From Eledone cirrhosa (lineage: Eukaryota): a stretch of 64,000 bases of DNA. Every line of letters starts with the position of its first letter. Position 1 is the stretch's first letter. Below are positions 1 to 16,600 of the stretch, piece after piece. Made by a program: the position numbers and the translations under genes. The notes beneath the pieces are model-generated. The model was given only the letters and a program-made list of their open reading frames with translations. It did no database searches and was not told the DNA's origin. The stretch lies in assembly GCA_964016885.1 (NCBI GenBank), contig OZ024747.1:27466001-27530000 (forward strand), given 5' to 3'.

Positions 1-1677
1 TCAAACAGGTGACAAAAAAGGCAGTGCTTCAATTTGAGCAGTGCATAGCAACCAGCCCTGACAGTAAGGTGTTCTGGAAGTATGTTCACTCAAAGCAGAG
101 GCCTCACTCTCCAGTTGGTCCTCTTCACAATCCCCACACAAGCCAGGTTACTGACGACCCCAAGGAATGCGCAGAGCTCATTGCTGAATGCTATGCAGGC
201 ATTTTCACTATTGAAGACCAGAGTGTACCATCTCCACCACCTATGACACCGGACTCTATTACAACCATGGAATTTACACCTGCAATGCTGCGACGTCACC
301 TAAAAAATAAACACAACCATGCCTCTCCTGGTCTTGATGGTATTACGTACCTGCTTCTTAAACGTGGTGAGTACTTCCTTCTACACCAGTTATCACGCTT
401 CTTCCAATTCTGTCTGAACAACAGTGCTACTCCAGAACAGTGGAAAACTGCCAGTGTCATTCCTCTGTTCAAAAAGGGTGACCGCACATCACCTGTGAAC
501 TATCGCCCAGTCAGTCTTACTAGTTGCATCGCCAAACTGATGGAATCCTGTGACAGAGAAACACTTTGGAACTTCTGGAGCTCTCACAGTCTTATCCGGC
601 CCTCGCAATTTGGATTTATCCCCAACTCCAGCTGCTGTGATCAACTTATAGAGTTTCTTGAGGACATCACCCGGATCACTGATGGCGGCGCATGGGTGGA
701 TGTTGTTTACCTTGACTTTGCGAAAGCCTTCAATTCTGTGCCACACAAAAGGCTTATGGCAAAACTATCTGCAATGGGTGTGAAGGATGATCTTTTTAAC
801 TGGTTGAAGTCCTTCATTCTCAGTCGAAGAGAGGTACTCACAATGGATCTCAGACTGGCAACTCAAGCTAGCTGTGGACAAGTGCACCACCATGCATTTT
901 GGGAGTAAAAACCCAGCGTCCACATACTCCCTCCACAGCACTAATATCAAGAAGTCTTCTTGTGAACGTGACCTGGGCATTACGGTCAGCAGCGATTTGC
1001 GTTGGACGATGCACGTCTCTAAAATCGTCAAGAGGGCCGAGGGTGTCTTAGCATCACTCAGCAAGACCTTTGTCAGCACTCCAGATATCTATTTAAGGCT
1101 GTACATGGCTAGGTGCGACCACACTTAGAATTTGCATCACCAGTCTGGAACCCCTATCTTGCTCAGAACATTGACCGCCTGGAAGCTGTTCAGAGACGTG
1201 CAACCAAGCGAATACCCTCCATCAGGCATCTACCATACTCTGAGCGCCTTGCTTCCCTGGGCATGGATACATTGAAGCTCCGACGCCTGGAAACTGACTT
1301 GGTAAACACCCACAAAATTGTTAACAATATTGCCAACAACAACCCTGAGTACCTTTTTGATTTCCATGTGTCTAACACACGTGGACATGCCCACAAAGTA
1401 AGAAAACAGCACAGTTCCCATGACTTCCGGAAACACTTTTTTACGCTCAGAGTTGCTGAAGCATGGAACAAACTACCTGCATCAGTTGTTAGCTGTCGAG
1501 ACACTACATCCTTTAAGGCCTCCATGCTTTCCGAGATCCGCCAACACTACAGCTAACATATACACACATGTACTTCCCTGACATTTGTGTATTATTATAT
1601 GTACTATACATACACCTTTGACGAGTTGTAGTGCACCTGAGCACTTTACACAATAATTTCATTATTATTATTATTAT
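1..1677 (+). mobile_element. CR1/L2-group non-LTR retrotransposon, 3' part of ORF2 plus 3' UTR, disabled
   Basis: ORF 9-908 has RT N-terminal motifs (SPGLDGI, PLFKKG, NYRPVSLTS, QFGF, YLDFAKAF). Frames 874-1128 and 1113-1556 give the CR1-type C-terminus (KCTTMHFG, ERDLGI, RPHLEFASPVWNP, YSERL, TRGH, FFTLRVAEAWNKLP). It ends in an (ATT)n tail at ~1661-1677. The QGSVLGP/YADD block is missing and there are frameshifts. Confidence 0.9.
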
Positions 1678-1685
1678 AAGACAAA

Positions 1686-4600
1686 AGTAACCAATGTCAT
1701 TACACTATAGTTACAACTAGTGTCATAACACTATAGTAATAACCAGAGTCATAACGCTACAGTAACAACCAATGTAATAACACTATAATAACAACTAGTG
1801 TCATAACACTGTAGTACAAACCAGTGTCATAACACTACAGTAACAACCAGTGTCATAACACTACAGTAACAACCAGTGTCATAACACTACAGTAACAACC
1901 AGTGTCATAACACTACAGTAACAACCAGTGTCATAACACTACAGTAACAACCTGTGTCATAACACTACAGTAACAATCAATGTCATAACACTACAGTAAC
2001 AACCTGTGTCATAACACTACAGTAACAATCAATGTCATAACACTACAGTAACAACCAGTGTCATAACACTACAGTAACAACCTGTGTCATAACACTACAG
2101 TAACAATCAATGTCATAACACTACAGTAACAACCTGTGTCATAACACTACAGTAACAACCAGTGTCATAACACTACAGTAACAACCAGTGTCAAAACTAC
2201 AGTAACAACCAGTGTCATAACACTACAGTAACAACCTGTGTCATAACACTACAGTAACAACCTGTGTCATAACACTACAGTAACAACCAATGTCATAACA
2301 CTACAGTAACAACCTGTGTCATAACACTACAGTAACAACCAATGTCATAACACTACAGTAACAACCTGTGTCATAACACTACAGTAACAACCTGTGTCAT
2401 AACACTACAGTAACAACCTGTGTCATAACACTACAGTAACAACCTGTGTCATAACACTACAGTAACAACCTGTGTCATAACACTACAGTAACAACCTGTG
2501 TCATAACACTACAGTAACAACCAGTGTCATAACATTACAGTAACAACCAATGTCATAACACTACAGTAACAACCAATGTCATAACACTACAGTAACAACC
2601 AGTGTCATAACACTACAGTAACAACCAGTGTCATAACACTACAGTAACAACCAGTGTCATAACACTACAGTAACAACCAGTGTCATAACACTACAGTAAC
2701 AACCAGTGTCATAACACTACAGTTACAACCTGTGTCATAACACTACAGTAACAATCAATGTCATAACACTACAGTAACAACCAGTGTCATAACACTACAG
2801 TAACAACCTGTGTCATAACACTACAGTAACAACCTGTGTCATAACACTACAGTAACAATCAATGTCATAACACTACAGTAACAACCAATGTCATAACACT
2901 ACAGTAACAACCAGTGTCATAACACTACAGTAACAACCTGTGTCATAACACTACAGTAACAACCAGTGTCATAACACTACAGTAACCAGTGTCATAACAC
3001 TACAGTAACAACCTGTGTCATAACACTACAGTAACAACCTGTGTCATAACACTACAGTAACAATCAATGTCATAACACTACAGTAACAACCAGTGTCATA
3101 ACACTACAGTAACAACCAATGTCATAACACTACAGTAACAACCTGTGTCATAACAGTACAGTAACAACCTGTGTCATAACACTACAGTAACAACCAGTGT
3201 CATAACACTACAGTAACAACCTGTGTCATAACACTACAGTAACAACCAATGTCATAACACTACAGTAACAACCAGTGTCATAACACTACAGTAACAACCA
3301 GTGTCATAACACTACAGTAACAACCAGTGTCATAACACTACAGTAACAACCAGTGTCATAACACTACAGTAACAACCAGTGTCATAACACTACAGTTACA
3401 ACCTGTGTCATAACACTACAGTAACAATCAATGTCATAACACTACAGTAACAACCAGTGTCATAACACTACAGTAACAACCTGTGTCATAACACTACAGT
3501 AACAACCTGTGTCATAACACTACAGTAACAATCAATGTCATAACACTACAGTAACAACCAATGTCATAACACTACAGTAACAACCAGTGTCATAACACTA
3601 CAGTAACAACCTGTGTCATAACACTACAGTAACAACCTGTGTCATAACACTACAGTAACAACCAGTGTCATAACACTACAGTAACAACCTGTGTCATAAC
3701 ACTACAGTAACAACCTGTGTCATAACACTACAGTAACAACCTGTGTCATAACACTACAGTAACAACCAATGTCATAACACTACAGTAACAACCAGTGTCA
3801 TAACACTACAGTAACAACCTGTGTCATAACACTACAGTAACAACCTGTGTCATAACACTACAGTAACAACCAATGTCATAACACTACAGTAACAATCAAT
3901 GTCATAACACTACAGTAACAACCAGTGTCATAACACTACAGTAACAATCAATGTCATAACACTACAGCAACAATCAATGTCATAACACTACAGTAACAAC
4001 CAGTGTCATAACACTACAGTAACAACCAGTGTCATAACACTACAGTAACAACCTGTGTCATAACACTACAGTAACAATCAATGTCATAACACTACAGTAA
4101 CAACCAGTGTCATAACACTACAGTAACAATCAATGTCATAACACTACAGTAACAATCAATGTCATAACACTACAGTAACAACCTGTGTCAACACTACAGT
4201 AACAATCAATGTCATAACACTACAGTAACAACCTGTGTCATAACACTACAGTAACAATCAATGTCATAACACTACAGTAACAACCTGTGTCATAACACTA
4301 CAGTAACAACCTGTGTCATAACACTACAGTAACAACCAGTGTCATAACACTACAGTAACCAGTGTCATAACACTACAGTAACAACCTGTGTCATAACACT
4401 ACAGTAACAATCAATGTCATAACACTACAGTAACAACCAGTGTCATAACACTACAGTAACAACCAGTGTCATAACACTACAGTAACAACCAGTGTCATAA
4501 CACTACAGTAACAACCTGTGTCATAACACTACAGTAACAACCTGTGTCATAACACTACAGTAACAACCAGTGTCATAACACTACAGTAACAACCTGTGTC

Positions 4601-7600
4601 ATAACACTACAGTAACAACCTGTGTCATAACACTACAGTAACAACCTGTGTCATAACACTACAGTAACAATCAGTGTCATAACACTACAGTAACAACCAG
4701 TGTCATAACACTACAGTTACAACCAGTGTCATAACACTACAGTAACAACCAGTGTCATAACACTACAGTAACAATCAATGTCATAACACTACAGTAACAA
4801 CCTGTGTCATAACACTACAGTAACAATCAATGTCATAACACTACAGTAACAACCTGTGTCATAACACTACAGTAACAACCAGTGTCATAACACTACAGTA
4901 ACAATCAATGTCATAACACTACAGTAACAACCAGTGTCATAACACTACAGTAACAACCAATGTCATAACACTACAGTAACAATCAATGTCATAACACTAC
5001 AGTAACAACCAGTGTCATAACACTACAGTAACAACCAGTGTCATAACACTACAGTAACAACCAGTGTCATAACACTACAGTAACAACCAGTGTCATAACA
5101 CTACAGTAACAACCAGTGTCATAACACTACAGTAACAACCAGTGTCATAATACTACAGTAACAACCAGTGTCATAACACTACAGTAACAACCTGTGTCAT
5201 AACACTACAGTAACAACCTGTGTCATAACACTACAGTAACAATCAATGTCATAACACTACAGTAACAACCAGTGTCATAACACTACAGTAACAACCTGTG
5301 TCATAACACTACAGTAACAATCAATGTCATAACACTACAGTAACAACCAATGTCATAACACTGCAGTAACAACCTGTGTCATAACACTACAGTAACAACC
5401 TGTGTCATAACACTACAGTAACAACCAATGTCATAACACTACAGTAACAACCTGTGTCATAACACTACAGTAACAACCTGTGTCATAACACTACAGTAAC
5501 AATCAATGTCATAACACTACAGTAACAACCAATGTCATAACACTACAGTAACAACCAGTGTCATAACACTACAGTAACCAGTGTCATAACACTACAGTAA
5601 CAACCTGTGTCATAACACTACAGTAACAATCAATGTCATAACACTACAGTAACAACCAGTCATAAAACTACAGTAACAACCAGTGTCATAACACTACAGT
5701 AACAACCAGTGTCATAACACTACAGTAACAACCAGTGTCATAACACTACAGTAACAATCAATGTCATAACACTACAGTAACAACCTGTGTCATAACACTA
5801 CAGTAACAACCTGTGTCATAACACTACAGTAACAACCTGTGTCATAACACTACAGTAACAACCAGTGTCATAACACTACAGTAACAACCTGTGTCATAAC
5901 ACTACAGTAACAACTTGTGTCATAACACTACAGTAACAACCAGTGTCATAACACTACAGTAACAATCAATGTCATAACACTACAGTAACAACCAGTGTCA
6001 TAACACTACAGTTACAACCAGTGTCATAACACTACAGTAACAACCAGTGTCATAACACTACAGTAACAATCAATGTCATAACACTACAGTAACAACCTGT
6101 GTCATAACACTACAGTAACAATCAATGTCATAACACTACAGTAACAACCTGTGTCATAACACTACAGTAACAACCAGTGTCATAACACTACAGTAACAAT
6201 CAATGTCATAACACTACAGTAACAACCAGTGTCATAACACTACAGTAACAACCAATGTCATAACACTACAGTAACAATCAATGTCATAACACTACAGTAA
6301 CAACCAGTGTCATAACACTACAGTAACAACCAGTGTCATAACACTACAGTAACAACCTGTGTCATAACACTACAGTAACAACCAGTGTCATAACACTACA
6401 GTAACAACCAGTGTCATAACACTGCAGTAACAACCAGTGTCATAACACTACAGTAACAACCAGTGTCATAACACTACAGTAACAACCAGTGTCATAACAC
6501 TACAGTAACAACCTGTGTCATAACACTACAGTAACAACCTGTGTCATAACACTACAGTAACAATCAATGTCATAACACTACAGTAACAACCAGTGTCATA
6601 ACACTACAGTAACAACCAATGTCATAACACTACAGTAACAACCTGTGTCATAACACTACAGTAACAACCTGTGTCATAACACTACAGTAACAACCAGTGT
6701 CATAACACTACAGTAACAACCAGTGTCATAACACTACAGTAACAATCAATGTCATAACACTACAGTAACAAACAGTGTCATAACACTACAGTTACAACCA
6801 GTGTCATAACACTACAGTAACAACCAGTGTCATAACTCTACAGTAACAATCAATGTCATAACACTACAGTAACAACCTGTGTCATAACACTACAGTAACA
6901 ATCAATGTCATAACACTACAGTAACAACCTGTGTCATAACACTACAGTAACAACCAGTGTCATAACACTACAGTAACAATCAATGTCATAACACTACAGT
7001 AACAACCAGTGTCATAACACTACAGTAACAACCAATGTCATAACACTACAGTAACAATCAATGTCATAACACTACAGTAACAACCAGTGTCATAACACTA
7101 CAGTAACAACCAGTGTCATAACACTACAGTAACAACCTGTGTCATAACACTACAGTAACAACCAGTGTCATAACACTACAGTAACAACCAGTGTCATAAC
7201 ACTACAGTAACAACCAGTGTCATAACACTACAGTAACAACCAGTGTCATAACACTACAGTAACAACCAGTGTCATAACACTACAGTAACAACCTGTGTCA
7301 TAACACTACAGTAACAACCTGTGTCATAACACTACAGTAACAATCAATGTCATAACACTACAGTAACAACCAGTGCCATAACACTACAGTAACAACCAAT
7401 GTCATAACACTACAGTAACAACCTGTGTCATAACACTACAGTAACAACCTGTGTCATAACACTACAGAAACAACCTGTGTCATAACACTACAGTAACAAC
7501 CTGTGTCATAACACTACAGTAACAACCTGTGTCATAACACTACAGTAACAACCTGTGTCATAACACTACAGTAACAACCAGTGTCATAACACTACAGTAA

Positions 7601-10600
7601 CAACCAGTGTCATAACACTACAGTAACAACCTGTGTCATAACACTACAGTAACAACCTGTGTCATAACACTACAGTAACAACCAATGTCATAACACTACA
7701 GTAACAATCAATGTCATAACACTACAGTAACAACCAGTTTCATAACACTACAGTAACAATCAATGTCATAACACTACAGTAACAATCAATGTCATAACAC
7801 TACAGTAACAACCAGTGTCATAACACTACAGTAACAACCAGTGTCATAACACTACAGTAACAACCTGTGTCATAACACTACAGTAACAATCAATGTCATA
7901 ACACTACAGTAACAACCAGTGTCATAACACTACAGTAACAATCAATGTCATAACACTACAGTAACAATCAATGTCATAACACTACAGTAACAACTTGTGT
8001 CAACACTACAGTAACAATCAATGTCATAACACTACAGTAACAACCTGTGTCATAACACTACAGTAACAATCAATGTCATAACACTACAGTAACAACCTGT
8101 GTCATAACACTACATTAACAACCAGTGTCATAACACTACAGTAACAACCAGTGTCATAACACTACAGTAACCAGTGTCATAACACTACAGTAACAACCTG
8201 TGTCATAACACTACAGTAACAATCAATGTCATAACACTACAGTAACAACCAGTGTCATAACACTACAGTAACAACCAGTGTCATAACACTACAGTAACAA
8301 CCAGTGTCATAACACTACAGTAACAACCAGTGTCATAACACTACAGTAACAACCTGTGTCATAACACTACAGTAACAACCTGTGTCATAACACTACAGTA
8401 ACAACCAGTGTCATAACACTACAGTAACAACCAGTGTCATAACACTACAGTAACAACCTGTGTCATAACACTACAGTAACAACCAGTGTCATAACACTAC
8501 AGTAACAATCAATGTCATAACACTACAGTAACAACCAGTGTCATAACACTACAGTTACAACCAGTGTCATAACACTACAGTAACAACCAGTGTCATAACA
8601 CTACAGTAACAATCAATGTCATAACACTACAGTAACAACCTGTGTCATAACACTACAGTAACAATCAATGTCATAACACTACAGTAACAACCTGTGTCAT
8701 AACACTACAGTAACAACCAGTGTCATAACACTACAGTAACAATCAATGTCATAACACTACAGTAACAACCAGTGTCATAAAACTACAGTAACAACCAGTG
8801 TCATAACACTACAGTAACAACCAGTGTCATAACACTACAGTAACAACCAGTGTCATAACACTACAGTAACAATCAATGTCATAACACTACAGTAACAACC
8901 TGTGTCATAACACTACAGTAACAACCTGTGTCATAACACTACAGTAACAACCTGTGTCATAACACTACAGTAACAACCAGTGTCATAACACTACAGTAAC
9001 AACCTGTGTCATAACACTACAGTAACAACTTGTGTCATAACACTACAGTAACAACCAGTGTCATAACACTACAGTAACAATCAATGTCATAACACTACAG
9101 TAACAACCAGTGTCATAACACTACAGTTACAACCAGTGTCATAACACTACAGTAACAACCAGTGTCATAACACTACAGTAACAATCAATGTCATAACACT
9201 ACAGTAACAACCTGTGTCATAACACTACAGTAACAATCAATGTCATAACACTACAGTAACAACCTGTGTCATAACACTACAGTAACAACCAGTGTCATAA
9301 CACTACAGTAACAATCAATGTCATAACACTACAGTAACAACCAGTGTCATAACACTACAGTAACAACCAATGTCATAACACTACAGTAACAATCAATGTC
9401 ATAACACTACAGTAACAACCAGTGTCATAACACTACAGTAACAACCAGTGTCATAACACTACAGTAACAACCTGTGTCATAACACTACAGTAACAACCAG
9501 TGTCATAACACTACAGTAACAACCAGTGTCATAACACTGCAGTAACAACCAGTGTCATAACACTACAGTAACAACCAGTGTCATAACACTACAGTAACAA
9601 CCAGTGTCATAACACTACAGTAACAACCTGTGTCATAACACTACAGTAACAACCTGTGTCATAACACTACAGTAACAATCAATGTCATAACACTACAGTA
9701 ACAACCAGTGTCATAACACTACAGTAACAACCAATGTCATAACACTACAGTAACAACCTGTGTCATAACACTACAGTAACAACCTGTGTCATAACACTAC
9801 AGTAACAACCAGTGTCATAACACTACAGTAACAACCAGTGTCATAACACTACAGTAACAATCAATGTCATAACACTACAGTAACAAACAGTGTCATAACA
9901 CTACAGTTACAACCAGTGTCATAACACTACAGTAACAACCAGTGTCATAACTCTACAGTAACAATCAATGTCATAACACTACAGTAACAACCTGTGTCAT
10001 AACACTACAGTAACAATCAATGTCATAACACTACAGTAACAACCTGTGTCATAACACTACAGTAACAACCAGTGTCATAACACTACAGTAACAATCAATG
10101 TCATAACACTACAGTAACAACCAGTGTCATAACACTACAGTAACAACCAATGTCATAACACTACAGTAACAATCAATGTCATAACACTACAGTAACAACC
10201 AGTGTCATAACACTACAGTAACAACCAGTGTCATAACACTACAGTAACAACCTGTGTCATAACACTACAGTAACAACCAGTGTCATAACACTACAGTAAC
10301 AACCAGTGTCATAACACTACAGTAACAACCAGTGTCATAACACTACAGTAACAACCAGTGTCATAACACTACAGTAACAACCAGTGTCATAACACTACAG
10401 TAACAACCTGTGTCATAACACTACAGTAACAACCTGTGTCATAACACTACAGTAACAATCAATGTCATAACACTACAGTAACAACCAGTGCCATAACACT
10501 ACAGTAACAACCAATGTCATAACACTACAGTAACAACCTGTGTCATAACACTACAGTAACAACCTGTGTCATAACACTACAGTAACAACCTGTGTCATAA

Positions 10601-13600
10601 CACTACAGAAACAACCTGTGTCATAACACTACAGTAACAACCTGTGTCATAACACTACAGTAACAACCTGTGTCATAACACTACAGTAACAACCTGTGTC
10701 ATAACACTACAGTAACAACCAGTGTCATAACACTACAGTAACAACCAGTGTCATAACACTACAGTAACAACCTGTGTCATAACACTACAGTAACAACCTG
10801 TGTCATAACACTACAGTAACAACCAATGTCATAACACTACAGTAACAATCAATGTCATAACACTACAGTAACAACCAGTTTCATAACACTACAGTAACAA
10901 TCAATGTCATAACACTACAGTAACAATCAATGTCATAACACTACAGTAACAACCAGTGTCATAACACTACAGTAACAACCAGTGTCATAACACTACAGTA
11001 ACAACCTGTGTCATAACACTACAGTAACAATCAATGTCATAACACTACAGTAACAACCAGTGTCATAACACTACAGTAACAATCAATGTCATAACACTAC
11101 AGTAACAATCAATGTCATAACACTACAGTAACAACTTGTGTCAACACTACAGTAACAATCAATGTCATAACACTACAGTAACAACCTGTGTCATAACACT
11201 ACAGTAACAATCAATGTCATAACACTACAGTAACAACCTGTGTCATAACACTACATTAACAACCAGTGTCATAACACTACAGTAACAACCAGTGTCATAA
11301 CACTACAGTAACCAGTGTCATAACACTACAGTAACAACCTGTGTCATAACACTACAGTAACAATCAATGTCATAACACTACAGTAACAACCAGTGTCATA
11401 ACACTACAGTAACAACCAGTGTCATAACACTACAGTAACAACCAGTGTCATAACACTACAGTAACAACCAGTGTCATAACACTACAGTAACAACCTGTGT
11501 CATAACACTACAGTAACAACCTGTGTCATAACACTACAGTAACAACCAGTGTCATAACACTACAGTAACAACCAGTGTCATAACACTACAGTAACAACCT
11601 GTGTCATAACACTACAGTAACAACCAGTGTCATAACACTACAGTAACAATCAATGTCATAACACTACAGTAACAACCAGTGTCATAACACTACAGTTACA
11701 ACCAGTGTCATAACACTACAGTAACAACCAGTGTCATAACACTACAGTAACAATCAATGTCATAACACTACAGTAACAACCTGTGTCATAACACTACAGT
11801 AACAATCAATGTCATAACACTACAGTAACAACCTGTGTCATAACACTACAGTAACAACCAGTGTCATAACACTACAGTAACAATCAATGTCATAACACTA
11901 CAGTAACAACCAGTGTCATAACACTACAGTAACAACCAATGTCATAACACTACAGTAACAATCAATGTCATAACACTACAGTAACAACCAGTGTCATAAC
12001 ACTACAGTAACAACCAGTGTCATAACACTACAGTAACAACCAGTGTCATAACACTACAGTAACAACCAGTGTCATAACACTACAGTAACAACCAGTGTCA
12101 TAATACTACAGTAACAACCAGTGTCATAACACTACAGTAACAACCTGTGTCATAACACTACAGTAACAACCTGTGTCATAACACTACAGTAACAATCAAT
12201 GTCATAACACTACAGTAACAACCAGTGTCATAACACTACAGTAACAACCAATGTCATAACACTGCAGTAACAACCTGTGTCATAACACTACAGTAACAAC
12301 CTGTGTCATAACACTACAGTAACAACCAATGTCATAACACTACAGTAACAACCTGTGTCATAACACTACAGTAACAACCTGTGTCATAACACTACAGTAA
12401 CAATCAATGTCATAACACTACAGTAACAACCAATGTCATAACACTACAGTAACAACCAGTGTCATAACACTACAGTAACCAGTGTCATAACACTACAGTA
12501 ACAACCTGTGTCATAACACTACAGTAACAATCAATGTCATAACACTACAGTAACAACCAGTGTCATAAAACTACAGTAACAACCAGTGTCATAACACTAC
12601 AGTAACAACCAGTGTCATAACACTACAGTAACAACCAGTGTCATAACACTACAGTAACAATCAATGTCATAACACTACAGTAACAACCTGTGTCATAACA
12701 CTACAGTAACAACCTGTGTCATAACACTACAGTAACAACCTGTGTCATAACACTACAGTAACAACCAGTGTCATAACACTACAGTAACAACCAGTGTCAT
12801 AACACTACAGTAACAATCAATGTCATAACACTACAGTAACAACCAGTGTCATAACACTACAGTTACAACCAGTGTCATAACACTACAGTAACAACCAGTG
12901 TCATAACACTACAGTAACAATCAATGTCATAACACTACAGTAACAACCTGTGTCATAACACTACAGTAACAATCAATGTCATAACACTACAGTAACAACC
13001 TGTGTCATAACACTACAGTAACAACCAGTGTCATAACACTACAGTAACAATCAATGTCATAACACTACAGTAACAACCAGTGTCATAACACTACAGTAAC
13101 AACCAATGTCATAACACTACAGTAACAATCAATGTCATAACACTACAGTAACAACCAGTGTCATAACACTACAGTAACAACCAGTGTCATAACACTACAG
13201 TAACAACCTGTGTCATAACACTACAGTAACAACCAGTGTCATAACACTACAGTAACAACCAGTGTCATAACACTACAGTAACAACCAGTGTCATAACACT
13301 ACAGTAACAACCAGTGTCATAACACTACAGTAACAACCAGTGTCATAACACTACAGTAACAACCAGTGTCATAACACTACAGTAACAACCTGTGTCATAA
13401 CACTACAGTAACAACCTGTGTCATAACACTACAGTAACAATAAATGTCATAACACTACAGTAACAACCAGTGTCATAACACTACAGTAACAACCAATGTC
13501 ATAACACTACAGTAACAACCTGTGTCATAACACTACAGTAACAACCTGTGTCATAACACTACAGTAACAACCTGTGTCATAACACTACAGTAACAACCTG

Positions 13601-16600
13601 TGTCATAACACTACAGTAACAACCTGTGTCATAACACTACAGTAACAATCAATGTCATAACACTACAGTAACAATCAATGTCATAACACTACAGTAACAA
13701 CCAGTGTCATAACACTACAGTAACAACCAATGTCATAACACTACAGTAACAACCTGTGTCATAACACTACAGTAACAACCTGTGTCATAACACTACAGTA
13801 ACAACCAATGTCATAACACTACAGTAACAACCTGTGTCATAACACTACAGTAACAACCTGTGTCATAACACTACAGTAACAATCAATGTCATAACACTAC
13901 AGTAACAACCAATGTCATAACACCACAGTAACAACCAGTGTCATAACACTACAGTAACAACCTGTGTCATAACACTACAGTAACAATCAATGTCATAACA
14001 CTACAGTAACAACCAGTGTCATAACACTACAGTAACAACCAATGTCATAACACTACAGTAACAACCTGTGTCATAACACTACAGTAACAACCTGTGTCAT
14101 AACACTACAGTAACAATCAATGTCATAACACTACAGTAACAACCAATGTCATAACACTACAGTAACAACCTGTGTCATAACACTACAGTAACAACCTGTG
14201 TCATAACACTACAGTAACAATCAATGTCATAACACTACAGTAACAACCAATGTCATAACACCACAGTAACAACCAGTGTCATAACACTACAGTAACAACT
14301 TGTGTCATAACACTACAGTAACAACCAGTGTCATAACACTACAGTAACAACCAATGTCATAACACTACAGTAACAACCTGTGTCATAACACTACAGTAAC
14401 AACCTGTGTCATAACACTACAGTAACAACCAGTGTCATAACACTACAGTAACAACCAGTGTCATAACACTACAGTAACAACCTGTGTCATAACACTACAG
14501 TAACAATCAATGTCATAACACTACAGTAACAACCAGTGTCATAACACTACAGTAACAATCAATGTCATAACACTACAGTAACAATCAATGTCATAACACT
14601 ACAGTAACAACCTGTGTCATAACACTACAGTAACAATCAATGTCATAACACTACAGTAACAACCAGTGTCATAACACTACAGTAACAACCAGTGTCATAA
14701 CACTACAGTAACAACCTGTGTCATAACACTACAGTAACAATCAATGTCATAACACTACAGTAACAATCAATGTCATAACACTACAGTAACAACCAGTGTC
14801 ATAACACTACAGTAACAACCAGTGTCATAACACTACAGTAACAACTTGTGTCATAACACTACAGTAACAACCAGTGTCATAACACTACAGTAACAACCAA
14901 TGTCATAACACTACAGTAACAACCTGTGTCATAACACTACAGTAACAACCTGTGTCATAACACTACAGTAACAACCAGTGTCATAACACTACAGTAACAA
15001 CCAGTGTCATAACACTACAGTAACAACCTGTGTCATAACACTACAGTAACAATCAATGTCATAACACTACAGTAACAACCAGTGTCATAACACTACAGTA
15101 ACAATCAATGTCATAACACTACAGTAACAATCAATGTCATAACACTACAGTAACAACCTGTGTCATAACACTACAGTAACAATCAATGTCATAACACTAC
15201 AGTAACAACCAGTGTCATAACACTACAGTAACAACCAGTGTCATAACACTACAGTAACAACCTGTGTCATAACACTACAGTAACAACCTGTGTCATAACA
15301 CTACAGTAACAATCAATGTCATAACACTACAGTAACAACCAGTGTCATAACACTACAGTAACAACCAGTGTCATAACACTACAGTAACAACCAGTGTCAT
15401 AACACTACAGTAACAACCAGTGTCATAACACTACAGTAACAATCAATGTCATAACACTACAGTAACAACCTGTGTCATAACACTACAGTAACAACCAGTG
15501 TCATAACACTACAGTAACAATCAATGTCATAACACTACAGTAACAACCAGTGTCATAACACTACAGTAACAACCAGTGTCATAACACTACAGTAACAACC
15601 AGTGTCATAACACTACAGTAACAACCAGTGTCATAACACTACAGTAACAATCAATGTCATAACACTACAGTAACAACCTGTGTCATAACACTACAGTAAC
15701 AACCTGTGTCATAACACTACAGTAACAACCTGTGTCATAACACTACAGTAACAACCAGTGTCATAACACTACAGTAACAACCAGTGTCATAACACTACAG
15801 TAACAACCTGTGTCATAACACTACAGTAACAACCTGTGTCATAACACTACAGTAACAACCTGTGTCATAACACTACAGTAACAACCAGTGTCATAACACT
15901 ACAGTAACAATCAATGTCATAACACTACAGTAACAACCTGTGCCATAACACTACAGTAACAATCAATGTCATAACACTACAGTAACAACCTGTGTCATAA
16001 CACTACAGTAACAACCAGTGTCATAACACTACAGTAACAATCAATGTCATAACACTACAGTAACAACCAGTGTCATAACACTACAGTAACAACCAATGTC
16101 ATAACACTACAGTAACAACCAGTGTCATAACACTACAGTAACAACCAGTGTCATAACACTACAGTAACAACCTGTGTCATAACACTACAGTAACAACCAG
16201 TGTCATAACACTACAGTAACAACCAGTGTCATAACACTACAGTAACAACCAGTGTCATAACACTACAGTAACAACCAGTGTCATAACACTACAGTAACAA
16301 CCAGTGTCATAACACTACAGTAACAACCAGTGTCATAACACTACAGTAACAACCAGTGTCATAACACTACAGTAACAACCAGTGTCATAACACTACAGTA
16401 ACAACCTGTGTCATAACACTACAGTAACAACCAGTGTCATAACACTACAGTAACAACCTGTGTCATAACACTACAGTAACAACCAGTGTCATAACACTAC
16501 AGTAACAATCAATGTCATAACACTACAGTAACAACCAGTGTCATAACACTACAGTAACAACCAGTGTCATAACACTACAGTAACAATCAATGTCATAACA

